From an uncultured Planctomycetales bacterium (lineage in GTDB: Bacteria; Omnitrophota; Gorgyraeia; Zapsychrales; JBDRMG01), in contig CAYZIY010000003.1 in NCBI GenBank assembly GCA_964478715.1, positions 84,661 through 148,660 of the forward strand: DNA of 64,000 nucleotides, read 5' to 3'. The notes beneath the pieces are model-generated. The model was given only the letters and a program-made list of their open reading frames with translations. It had not been told where the DNA came from and ran no database searches. How positions within the stretch are numbered: the stretch's first letter is position 1; each line of letters opens with the position of its first letter. A program made the translations under genes and the position numbers. This document shows, piece by piece, positions 56,022 to 64,000 of the stretch.

Positions 56022-56324
56022 ATGAAAAAGAAATCTGAGGTCGCAGATATTCTTAGAAGCGAACAGGCTTATTTGAAAAAACATTTTGGCGTTAAACGGA
56101 TCGCTCTTTTTGGTTCCGTAGCGGATGGAACAAGTAATAGCAACAGTGATGTTGATATTTTTATGGAGTTTGAACGCCCAATGGGTCTTGGTTTTATCGA
56201 ATTAAGCGATTATTTAGAAAAACGCCTTGGACGAAAAGTGGATATATTAACACCCGGAGGCCTTCAGGGAATCCGTGTTAAGCGAATTGCGCGGGATATT
56301 CAAAGGAGTTTAATCGATGTCTAG
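56022..56324 (+). CDS. MntA-type nucleotidyltransferase antitoxin (type VII TA)
   Basis: LFGSVADGTSNSNSDVDIF matches the minimal nucleotidyltransferase GSx9-13DxD motif. 100 aa. 8-nt overlap with the downstream HepT gene. Confidence 0.7.
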   Translation: MKKKSEVADILRSEQAYLKKHFGVKRIALFGSVADGTSNSNSDVDIFMEFERPMGLGFIELSDYLEKRLGRKVDILTPGGLQGIRVKRIARDIQRSLIDV

Positions 56325-56670
56325 AAGAAAAGATGACGACCTGCTTAGCGATATCTACGAGGCCTTAAGAAGAATAGAGGAATATCAAAAGAATTCCAAT
56401 TATGAAGAATTCTTAAGAGATACAAAAACTCAAGACGCCATAGTCAGAAATCTTGAAATCATCGGGGAAGCCTCAAAAAACATATCCGACGACATCATTA
56501 AGCAGTTTCCAGAAGTGAGGTGGAATAATTTTGCTAAAGTACGCGATAAATTGATCCATCATTACTTTGGCATTAACCTTGATATCGTTTGGAATATTCT
56601 GAAAGATGCTTTGCCGAATTTAGCTGAGCAGGTGAAGGTAATAATTGAGAAAAACAAGGAAGGTGATTAA
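56317..56670 (+). CDS. HepT-type (DUF86) toxin
   Basis: RDKLIHHY = Rx4HxY RNase motif. 117 aa. Paired with the upstream nucleotidyltransferase. Confidence 0.7.
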   Translation: MSRRKDDDLLSDIYEALRRIEEYQKNSNYEEFLRDTKTQDAIVRNLEIIGEASKNISDDIIKQFPEVRWNNFAKVRDKLIHHYFGINLDIVWNILKDALPNLAEQVKVIIEKNKEGD

Positions 56671-57512
56671 TGACACCGGTACCGGTTGAGGAATTAAAAA
56701 AGAAGGCCGTGCATATCCGCAAGACAATTTTAAACACCTGCATCAAAGCGGGAACAGGACATGTCACCTCTTCTTTATCTTGCGTGGAAATTCTTGTCGC
56801 TCTTTATTACGGAGGCTTGATGCATCACAACCCTAAGATACCTGACTGGGACGAGAGAGATCGATTCATACTCAGTAAGGGGCAGGCATCTCCGGCCCTC
56901 TATACAATTTTAGCTGATTGCGGCTATTACAGCATGAAAGATTTAGAATTCTTTGCTCAGGAAGACGGCAAATTCGGAGTTCATCTTCAAAACGATGTTC
57001 CGGGTGTTGAGATTACATCCGGCTCTTTAGGTCAGGGATTGGGAACGGCTGTTGGTATAGCATTGGGCGCTGAGATGAGACGTGAGCTTTTTTTAGTTTA
57101 CACGCTTTTGGGTGACGGAGAGTGTTATGAAGGCTCCATTTGGGAGGCCGCGATGTTCGCCTCTCATAATCATCTGAATAATCTCATTGCCATTATCGAC
57201 CGCAACTATTTATGCGTCACGGATTTTACGGAAAATATTATTTCTCTGGAGCCGCTGAAAGATAAATGGCAATCTTTCGGTTGGGAAGTAGTCTGCATTA
57301 ATGGCCATGCTATGGGACAGTTTCTTTCCACATTAACCAATGTGCGATCTCGCAAGTCAACAAAACCTCTTGTCATTATTGCTGACACTGTTAAAGGAGA
57401 AGGGGTTGAATCTCTTTGCTATCGACCTTTATGGCACGGACTGGCTCCCAAGGGATCTGAAGCCATCAGGGCCATGAATGAGTTTGAAAGGAGATTCTGC
57501 GGTTATGAATAA
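56670..57512 (+). CDS. Transketolase, N-terminal (TPP-binding) subunit
   Basis: GTGHVTSSLSCVEIL..., GSLGQGL, LLGDGECYEGSIWEA (GDG...N TPP motif). A split-form transketolase. Confidence 0.8.
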   Translation: MTPVPVEELKKKAVHIRKTILNTCIKAGTGHVTSSLSCVEILVALYYGGLMHHNPKIPDWDERDRFILSKGQASPALYTILADCGYYSMKDLEFFAQEDGKFGVHLQNDVPGVEITSGSLGQGLGTAVGIALGAEMRRELFLVYTLLGDGECYEGSIWEAAMFASHNHLNNLIAIIDRNYLCVTDFTENIISLEPLKDKWQSFGWEVVCINGHAMGQFLSTLTNVRSRKSTKPLVIIADTVKGEGVESLCYRPLWHGLAPKGSEAIRAMNEFERRFCGYE

Positions 57513-58455
57513 TAAAACCCAGCGCGACGCCTTTTGGGATAAAATATATGATCTCGCTCAACTCGACAAAGATGTGGTGGTCCTTTCGGCGGATATGGGC
57601 GCTCCGGCACTCGATAAATTCCGCCGGGATTTTTCATCTCAGTTTGTTAATGTGGGAATTGCGGAGCAAAACGGCATTCTGATTTCAGCAGGATTAGCAA
57701 TGACCGGTAAAAAAGTTTTTGCCTATGCGATTGCCCCCTTTATTACGTTGCGATGCCTTGAGCAAATTAGAGTCAAGAATGCCATTATGAAGGTGCCGAT
57801 CAATATCGTCGGCGTTGGCGCCGGTTTTGGCTATGAAGATTCAGGTCCAACACATCATATTGTCGAAGACATCAGTATTCTTAGATCCATGCCGCATATT
57901 GATATTTACAGTGTTTCTGACAGCGTGATGGCAGGGGCTCTGCCTGAGTTATGCTGTCAATCAAAAAGAACGAATTACATTCGTCTTGATCGGCTTGTAT
58001 TGCCCAATCTTTACGATGAACAGGCAGACTTCACCGAAGGTCTTTCTGTGATCAAAGAAGGAGAGAGCTACATTGTGGCTACAGGAAGCATGACTCATGT
58101 TGCATGCGAAGTGGCTGATCAGCTTTCGAAAAAGGGAACCGATTTTGGCGTGGTCGATGTTTATCGCCTGCCGATTAACATCGAGAAACTCACAGGAACA
58201 CTTAAAAACGCAAAGTATGTCATTACGCTCGAAGAGCATTATTTGCCTGGAGGTTTTGGAAGTGCTGTCTGTGAAGTTTTTATTGATCAGGGATTACAAA
58301 TACCTGTCAAGCGAATCGGCCTTTCTCATGAGAAAGGCTATTGCTACAAATACGGTGGAAGAGAGATTATTCGCAAATATTATGGTATTGATGCTAAGAG
58401 CGTTTTGAACGAAATCAAAGCATTCATTACCAAAGAGCAAAATGTGAAAGTTTAA
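57505..58455 (+). CDS. Transketolase, C-terminal (pyrimidine-binding) subunit
   Basis: VNVGIAEQN and the transketolase pyr/C-terminal domains. Start at the in-frame ATG 57505, overlapping the end of the N-terminal subunit. Confidence 0.8.
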   Translation: MNNKTQRDAFWDKIYDLAQLDKDVVVLSADMGAPALDKFRRDFSSQFVNVGIAEQNGILISAGLAMTGKKVFAYAIAPFITLRCLEQIRVKNAIMKVPINIVGVGAGFGYEDSGPTHHIVEDISILRSMPHIDIYSVSDSVMAGALPELCCQSKRTNYIRLDRLVLPNLYDEQADFTEGLSVIKEGESYIVATGSMTHVACEVADQLSKKGTDFGVVDVYRLPINIEKLTGTLKNAKYVITLEEHYLPGGFGSAVCEVFIDQGLQIPVKRIGLSHEKGYCYKYGGREIIRKYYGIDAKSVLNEIKAFITKEQNVKV

Positions 58456-58464
58456 ATTTGTGAT

Positions 58465-59949
58465 ATGCCCTCCATCGATGTTGTTTTAGTCAATCCCAGC
58501 AATAAAAAACAGGTCTATGGGAAGCTTTCTGAGAAGCTTGCCGGGATTGAGCCTCCTTTGTGGACCGGTCTTTTAGCCGCATTCCTCAGAGAGCAGGGCT
58601 TCGAAGTTAGAATCATCGATGCGGATGCCGAAGGATGGGGCCCACAAGAAACTGTCACAAAAATTCTGGAATACAAACCCGTTCTCCTAGGGCTTGGAGC
58701 TATTGGCTCAAATCCTTCCGCTGCTTCAACCCCAAAGATGGCAGCCATTCGAAGCGTCCTAACACTCCTGAAAGATCAAGACACATCCTTTAAAACCATT
58801 CTCTATGGAATACATCCTTCAGCGTTGCCTGAGCAAACGCTTCAGGATGAATTAGCTGATTTTGTTTGCCGAGGAGAAAGTTTCTTTCCGTTTACGGAAC
58901 TTCTTCATCTCCTTAAGTCAAAAGGTGAACAGAAGGAATATTCGATTAAGGGTCTTTGGTATCGTAAGGACGGACAGATCGTTGGAAACGGATGGGCAGA
59001 TCTTTTTGAAAATCTTGATGAGCTTCCGTTTGTGGCATGGGATTTATTGCCCATGGATAAATACCGTGCCCATAATTGGCATTGTTTCGGACACATTAAT
59101 CGTCGTTCACCTTATGCCATTATTTATACGAGTCTTGGGTGTCCTTATGATTGTACCTATTGCAATATTCACGCGCTTTATAATGGCAAACCAAAGATCC
59201 GCTATCGGAGTCCCCAAAGAGTTCTCGAAGAAATAGATTACCTTGTGAAAAACTACAATGTCAAGATATTCAAATTTCTTGACGAGCTATTTGTCATCAA
59301 AGGTCGCCGTTGCGAAGAAATTTGCGATATGCTGGCTGAGCGTAATTATGATCTTAACATCTGGGCCTATGCGCGTGTGGATACAGTGAATGAAACGATC
59401 TTAAAGAAACTAAAGAAGGCCGGTGTGCATTGGCTTTGTTATGGGTTTGAAGCAGGAAGCAAAAAGGTTCGCGACGGAGTTTCCAAAGGTCGTTTTGATC
59501 AGGAGGCCATCCGAAGAGCTGTGAAAATGACCTATGATGCGGGCATCCATATCATCGGCAACTTTATGTTCGGTCTTCCCGACGATGACAGGGAAACCAT
59601 GCAGGAAACACTCGACCTTGCCAAAGAACTGAATTGTGAATATGTGAATTTCTATTCGACCATGGCCTATCCGGGTTCTAGACTTTATGAAGAAGCCGTT
59701 GCGCAGGGATTACCTTTGCCGGATAATTGGGTAGGTTTTTCCCAATTCAGTTTTGATACAAAACCACTACCGACGAAACACATATCGGGGGCGGAGGTTT
59801 TAGCTTTTCGTGACAAAGCTTTCAATGAGTATTATTCCAATTCGAAGTATTTGAAAATGATTGAAGAGAAATTTGGTCAAGAAACCGTTGATCACATCAG
59901 GAAGATGCTGCAGTATACAATGAAGCGGAAAATCATTCCCTCCTGTTAA
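58465..59949 (+). CDS. Cobalamin (B12)-binding radical SAM enzyme
   Basis: N-terminal B12-binding-like Rossmann region and a radical SAM core with CPYDCTYC (CxxxCxxC). 494 aa. Confidence 0.75.
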   Translation: MPSIDVVLVNPSNKKQVYGKLSEKLAGIEPPLWTGLLAAFLREQGFEVRIIDADAEGWGPQETVTKILEYKPVLLGLGAIGSNPSAASTPKMAAIRSVLTLLKDQDTSFKTILYGIHPSALPEQTLQDELADFVCRGESFFPFTELLHLLKSKGEQKEYSIKGLWYRKDGQIVGNGWADLFENLDELPFVAWDLLPMDKYRAHNWHCFGHINRRSPYAIIYTSLGCPYDCTYCNIHALYNGKPKIRYRSPQRVLEEIDYLVKNYNVKIFKFLDELFVIKGRRCEEICDMLAERNYDLNIWAYARVDTVNETILKKLKKAGVHWLCYGFEAGSKKVRDGVSKGRFDQEAIRRAVKMTYDAGIHIIGNFMFGLPDDDRETMQETLDLAKELNCEYVNFYSTMAYPGSRLYEEAVAQGLPLPDNWVGFSQFSFDTKPLPTKHISGAEVLAFRDKAFNEYYSNSKYLKMIEEKFGQETVDHIRKMLQYTMKRKIIPSC

Positions 59950-60079
59950 TTTCCAATCTTTTTTAAGTTACAATTGAGATATTTGACTTAATTCTTGATA
60001 GTAGGGATGACAATTGTTGCAACATATTGTCTTATAATAAATTAAAATAACTGAAATTTTTTAAGCGTTAAGAAGATAC

Positions 60080-60108
60080 TTGACAGTAAAGTAACTTTTT
60101 TATAGTAT
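60080..60108 (+). promoter_or_regulatory. Candidate sigma70-type promoter for the regulator/Pse-like operon
   Basis: TTGACA (60080-60085), a 17-nt spacer, then TAGTAT (60103-60108), within a 185-nt AT-rich intergenic region. Confidence 0.4.
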
Positions 60109-60134
60109 TGTTCAATCATTGAACATTATTCATA

Positions 60135-60677
60135 ATGGAAGATACTTTAAACGAAAGAGAATTTGAGCTTGTCAATATCGTTGGAGCCGAATTAGGGTCC
60201 AATCAAAGAGATTTATCCCACCACATGAAGCTGTCTTTGGGAGCAACCAATATGCTCTTAAAGCGTCTTATCTCTAAGGGTTATATTAGAATTCGCCAAC
60301 TTAATAAAAGAAAAGTCGAGTATATCCTTACTCCCCAGGGCTTTGCCGAGAAAATGCAAAAATCCGTTAAGTATACGTTAAAAACCATGCGTTCAATCAG
60401 TCTGATTAAAGAGCAGGTCAAAGACGTTATAACGCGGCTTTATGGCCAAGGCGAGCGGTCATTTATCGTTTTGGGCAAGTCTGATTTTTCATTAATTATC
60501 GATTTGGTATTTCACGAAATGAACGTGAACGATTATACCTTGACGCACGTTGAAGAGATCCCTTCAAACGGCCTTAAAGGGACCCTTTTGATTTGCAAAG
60601 AAAATATCGAGCTTAACGGCTTTCAGGGGCCGGTCATCGATCTCATTCAAGAAATAGCCAAAAAAGTGACGACATAA
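60135..60677 (+). CDS. Winged-helix (MarR-like) transcriptional regulator with uncharacterised C-terminal domain
   Basis: QRDLSHHMKLSLGATNMLLKRLISKGYIRIRQ...KVEYILTPQG is a wHTH. First gene after a long promoter-containing gap. Confidence 0.4.
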   Translation: MEDTLNEREFELVNIVGAELGSNQRDLSHHMKLSLGATNMLLKRLISKGYIRIRQLNKRKVEYILTPQGFAEKMQKSVKYTLKTMRSISLIKEQVKDVITRLYGQGERSFIVLGKSDFSLIIDLVFHEMNVNDYTLTHVEEIPSNGLKGTLLICKENIELNGFQGPVIDLIQEIAKKVTT

Positions 60678-60696
60678 ATATCAGAAAGGATATGGC

Positions 60697-61728
60697 ATGT
60701 TAAACGGAAAATCAATACTGATCACGGGCGGAACAGGTTCGTTCGGAAAGAAAATGATTCAGATTATTTTGTCGGAATACAGGCCCAAACGACTGGTGAT
60801 TTTCAGCCGGGATGAACTGAAGCAATTTGAAATGTCCCAGCGATGGACTGTTGATAAATATCCGTGTTTACGCTACATGATCGGCGATGTCCGTGACAAA
60901 GACCGTCTCAGGATGGCTTTCAACGGGGTTGATTATGTGATTCATGCAGCGGCTCTAAAACAGGTCCCCAAAGGCGAATACGATCCGGAAGAATTCATCA
61001 AAACTAATGTTTTGGGGGCTATGAATATTATCGATGCGGCCCTGGAGGCTGGAGTCAAAAAGGTTATTGCGCTGTCGACTGATAAAGCCTGTAATCCTAT
61101 AAATTTGTACGGAGCCACCAAACTCTGTGCGGACAAATTATTCACGGCTGCGAATGTCTATGCCGGAAGACAGGCAACATGTTTTGCCGTGGTCCGTTAT
61201 GGTAATGTTTTGGGTTCGCGCGGCTCTGTGGTTCCTTTTTTTAAAGAACGCATCAAAACTGGTGTATTGCCGATTACCGATATGCGGATGACCCGCTTCT
61301 GGATTACTTTAGGTCAAGCTGTACATTTTGTGTTAGAGTCTTTATCTAGAGCGAAAGGCGGTGAGATTTTTGTTCCTAAAATCCCTTCGATGAAAATCTT
61401 GGATTTGGCCAAAGCTATAGGACCGCAGTGCGAAATTCAAACGATCGGCGTCAGACTGGGGGAGAAGATTCATGAAACGCTAATCAGTGAAGACGAGGCC
61501 CGTAATACTTTGGGATTTAATGAATGTTTTGTGGTGCAATCCAACCAGGCAAGACAGAAAGAGTTGAGAAAGAACAGAGAGTGCCTGTGTCCGGAAGGTT
61601 TCAGGTATTCTTCTGATACCAACGACCAATGGTTAACTACCGACGATTTAAAGAAATTGGTGGAAGAAATTGCCGATGACTATACGATTGAACGCTCACG
61701 CTGGGTAATGGATGACATTCCGCAATGA
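60697..61728 (+). CDS. pseB: UDP-GlcNAc 4,6-dehydratase, inverting type (PseB/FlaA1/CapE family)
   Basis: KSILITGGTGSFGKK, YGATKLCADK (YxxxK), 343 aa soluble form. Confidence 0.75.
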   Translation: MLNGKSILITGGTGSFGKKMIQIILSEYRPKRLVIFSRDELKQFEMSQRWTVDKYPCLRYMIGDVRDKDRLRMAFNGVDYVIHAAALKQVPKGEYDPEEFIKTNVLGAMNIIDAALEAGVKKVIALSTDKACNPINLYGATKLCADKLFTAANVYAGRQATCFAVVRYGNVLGSRGSVVPFFKERIKTGVLPITDMRMTRFWITLGQAVHFVLESLSRAKGGEIFVPKIPSMKILDLAKAIGPQCEIQTIGVRLGEKIHETLISEDEARNTLGFNECFVVQSNQARQKELRKNRECLCPEGFRYSSDTNDQWLTTDDLKKLVEEIADDYTIERSRWVMDDIPQ

Positions 61729-61775
61729 AATTCCGGGTTAACTTAAAAGACAATGAAAAATAGGAATGTTTTAAA

Positions 61776-62999
61776 ATGAGCACCGAAAAGCAACATTATT
61801 ATCCGAGATTAAAGAATATCCCTTATGGCCGACAGTGTATTGACGATGAGGATATCCAATCGGTTCTCCAGGTTTTGAGATCTCCTTTTTTGACTCAGGG
61901 GCCAAAAGTTGGGGAATTTGAAGAGAAATTAAGCGCTTTGACAAAAGCTCATTTTGCCGTCGTCGTCAATTCAGGGACATCCGCATTGCATTTGGCGTGC
62001 TTAGCCGCTGATATTAAAAAAGGGGATGAGGTTATAATACCGACCAATACTTTTTTGGCCTCGGCCAATTGTGTTGTTTATTGTTCGGGAACGCCTGTTT
62101 TTGCGGATATTGATTTGAAAACTTATAATATTTCTATTTCAGACTTAGAAAAGAAAATCAACGAAAGAACGAAAGCCGTTATTCCCGTGCACTTTGCGGG
62201 TCAAAGTTGTGATATGCAAAAGATAAAGGGCGTGGTTGAAGCTGCCGAGAAAAAATTCGGCCACACAATCACCATTATCGAAGATGCTACGCATGCTTTG
62301 GGTTCCCAATATAAGGATTCGCCAGTGGGTTCTTGCACCTATAGTGATATGACAGTTTTTAGTTTTCATCCCGTCAAACATATTTCTACCGGTGAAGGGG
62401 GAGCCGTGGTAACCAATAACGAGGCGTTGCAAAAAAATGTGCGCTGTATGCGCTCACACGGCATGAGCCACGATAAGAATCAATGGGTTTATCAGGAACA
62501 AGGATTGGAAAACGGACAAATGAAACCCTGGTATTATGAACAAAATGATTTAGGTTTCAACTATCGCTTAACTGATATCCAATGTGCTCTAGGGATCTCA
62601 CAGCTTAAAAAATTAGATAAGTTTCACAAAAAAAGACGTCAGATCTTCGATATATACAATGAATGCTTTAAAGAAATTGACCTGATGCAGATTCCTTTCG
62701 AATCGCCGGATAATTCCAGCAATTTTCATCTTTATGTTTCATTGTTTGATTTTGACAAAATGAATATCTCACGCTGCGAGTTGATGCAGAAGCTTAAGGA
62801 AAAAGGGATTCAAACCCAGGTACACTATATTCCTGTCCATACTCAACCGTTTTACAGAAAGAATTTTCATACTAACTGGGGAGATTGTCCGAATGCCGAG
62901 CATTATTATCGGCGTTGTTTGTCTCTACCCTTACATCCGGCAATGGCCGATAAGGATGCGAACAGAGTCGTTGGGGAAATTAAACAATTTATCCAATGA
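61776..62999 (+). CDS. pseC: DegT-family PLP-dependent aminotransferase (PseC-like)
   Basis: FSFHPVKHISTGEGG (Schiff-base Lys), DATHALGS. 407 aa with an insertion relative to the shorter paralogs. Confidence 0.75.
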   Translation: MSTEKQHYYPRLKNIPYGRQCIDDEDIQSVLQVLRSPFLTQGPKVGEFEEKLSALTKAHFAVVVNSGTSALHLACLAADIKKGDEVIIPTNTFLASANCVVYCSGTPVFADIDLKTYNISISDLEKKINERTKAVIPVHFAGQSCDMQKIKGVVEAAEKKFGHTITIIEDATHALGSQYKDSPVGSCTYSDMTVFSFHPVKHISTGEGGAVVTNNEALQKNVRCMRSHGMSHDKNQWVYQEQGLENGQMKPWYYEQNDLGFNYRLTDIQCALGISQLKKLDKFHKKRRQIFDIYNECFKEIDLMQIPFESPDNSSNFHLYVSLFDFDKMNISRCELMQKLKEKGIQTQVHYIPVHTQPFYRKNFHTNWGDCPNAEHYYRRCLSLPLHPAMADKDANRVVGEIKQFIQ

Positions 63000-63026
63000 A
63001 CATAAACGTTAAAAAAAGTTTAGATA

Positions 63027-64000
63027 TGCAAGAAAAAGCCAAGGCAAGGATTCCAGGGTTGGGCCAGTTGCTTTCCAAACGTCCGGACATGTTCGCCTTT
63101 GGTGTTTGGCCGGGATATTATGCAAAAGCCAAGGGGGTGCAGGTCTGGGATCTGGACGGTAACCGATATATTGATATGAGTATCGCGGGTATCGGAGCCA
63201 ATATTTTAGGATATGCGGATGATGATGTTGATGAGAGCGTAAAATCAGCCATAGACAAGGGCTCAAGCAGTTCGCTCAATTGTCCCGAAGAGGTGGAATT
63301 GGCCGATCTTCTCTGCGAGCTGCATCCCTGGGCACAAAAAGTGCGTTATGCCCGCGGCGGTGGTGAGGCTATGACGATTGCCGTACGTATTGCCCGCACT
63401 TTTACCGGTAAGGAAAAAATCGCTTTTTGCGGTTATCACGGCTGGCATGACTGGTATTTGGCGGCCAACTTAGGGTTGGAAAACGCTTTGGGAGAGTACC
63501 TCATTGACGGTTTGAGTCCTAAAGGCGTTCCTCGGGGTTTAAGTGGCACGGCTTTACCTTTTCGCTATAACCATATTGAAGATTTAGAAAATATTGTCAA
63601 TAAACATCGTGATAACCTGGCGGCTATTGTTATGGAACCCATTAGAAGCCAAGAACCTCACGAAGGATTTCTGCAGGCTGTCAAGCAATTGGCAGAAAAA
63701 TCGCAAGCCGTTTTTATTTTTGACGAAGTCTCCTCGGGGTTTCGCCTAAATACGGGGGGAGCCCATATTTTATTAAACGCGACTCCCGACATGGCTGTTT
63801 TTTCGAAAGGTATGGGCAACGGTTATCCCATCGCCGCTATCATCGGTAAGGATAAAGTTATGGAAGCTGCCCAGGATACGTTTATCAGCTCTACAATGTG
63901 GACCGAAAGAATCGGCCCAACGGCAGCTTTGGCAACCATCAAAAAACACAAAAAAATAGAGGCCGGCAAGCATCTCGTAAAAATCGGTGAGCAGGTACAA
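63027..64000 (+). CDS. Class III (GSA-aminomutase-like) PLP-dependent aminotransferase, 3' end lies outside the window
   Basis: Not in the ORF track because no stop falls inside the window. Translation from ATG 63027 gives MQEKAKARIPGLGQ...GGGEAMTIAVRIAR...FIFDEVSSGFR...FSKGMGNGYPIAAIIG (PLP Lys) continuing to the window end. The minus-strand ORFs here are spurious. Confidence 0.7.

Noticed and set aside
60014-60023. 10-bp palindrome TGTTGCAACA with TTGCA resembling a sigma54 -12 element
   Set aside because: No GG -24 element at the correct spacing. Too short to distinguish from chance in an AT-rich spacer.
63009-63448. Minus-strand ORFs 63009-63266 and 63263-63448 listed in the track
   Set aside because: The + strand frame from ATG 63027 encodes a convincing class-III aminotransferase (PLP Lys in FSKGMGNGYP) running to the window end. 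The minus ORFs are its antisense shadow.
1-64000. Search for CRISPR arrays, tRNA/rRNA genes, IS elements, integrases, phage genes
   Set aside because: No direct-repeat/spacer periodicity, no cloverleaf-compatible intergenic segments (the intergenic gaps are short and AT-rich), and no transposase, integrase or phage structural protein signatures in any frame.

Overview
The window is a 64 kb, gene-dense bacterial chromosomal segment with about 65 protein genes, almost all on the + strand, many with 4-nt ATGA/GTGA start-stop overlaps. The organism appears to be a diderm: LptD/OstA-like, CsgG-like and GT9 heptosyltransferase genes are all present. No rRNA, tRNA, CRISPR array, transposase or integrase was found.

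Gene content, in order:
- 1-5.5 kb: housekeeping genes (dnaK 3' end, dnaJ, accD, a MalK-like ABC ATPase).
- 5.5-7.8 kb: two tandem GGDEF paralogs.
- 7.9 kb: ROK glucokinase.
- 8.8-11.0 kb: LptD-like outer-membrane protein.
- 11.0-17.6 kb: nucleotide-sugar block (ugd, rmlCABD-like, a second UDP-sugar dehydrogenase, UDP-xylose synthase).
- 17.6-18.5 kb: a DUF4190-pilin fusion gene that looks frameshifted at an A6 tract.
- 18.7-21.7 kb: U32 peptidase, CDF transporter, purU.
- 21.8-24.7 kb: an uncharacterised envelope module built around a CsgG-like lipoprotein.
- 24.8-29.9 kb: nitroreductase, gpmA, fbaB (minus strand), CoA-binding protein, IlvD/Edd-family dehydratase, cspA.
- 30.0-34.0 kb: MFS(LplT-like)-Aas-like pair; the Aas-like protein is an adenylation-carrier-acyltransferase tridomain.
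- 34.7 kb to the window end: a very large glycan-biosynthesis supercluster. It contains a TPP-dependent E1 alpha/beta pair and GDP-heptose-type genes (GHMP kinase, nucleotidyltransferase, GmhB). It contains an Fcl-like reductase with a degenerate NAD motif and a DegT-family member whose catalytic Lys is replaced by His (3-dehydratase signature) next to a Cys cluster. It contains five glycosyltransferases (GT2/GT4-like), one GT9 and one GT28 glycosyltransferase, a radical SAM/SPASM enzyme, a split transketolase, a B12-binding radical SAM enzyme and a PseB/PseC-like module with a class-III aminotransferase.
- This supercluster is interrupted by a housekeeping island (a PriA homolog lacking Walker A, fmt, gap, metF) and by a MntA/HepT toxin-antitoxin pair.

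The points most worth follow-up are the unusual deoxy-heptose/branched-sugar chemistry implied by the supercluster, the PriA pseudohelicase, the frameshifted pilin-like gene, and the CsgG-like module.
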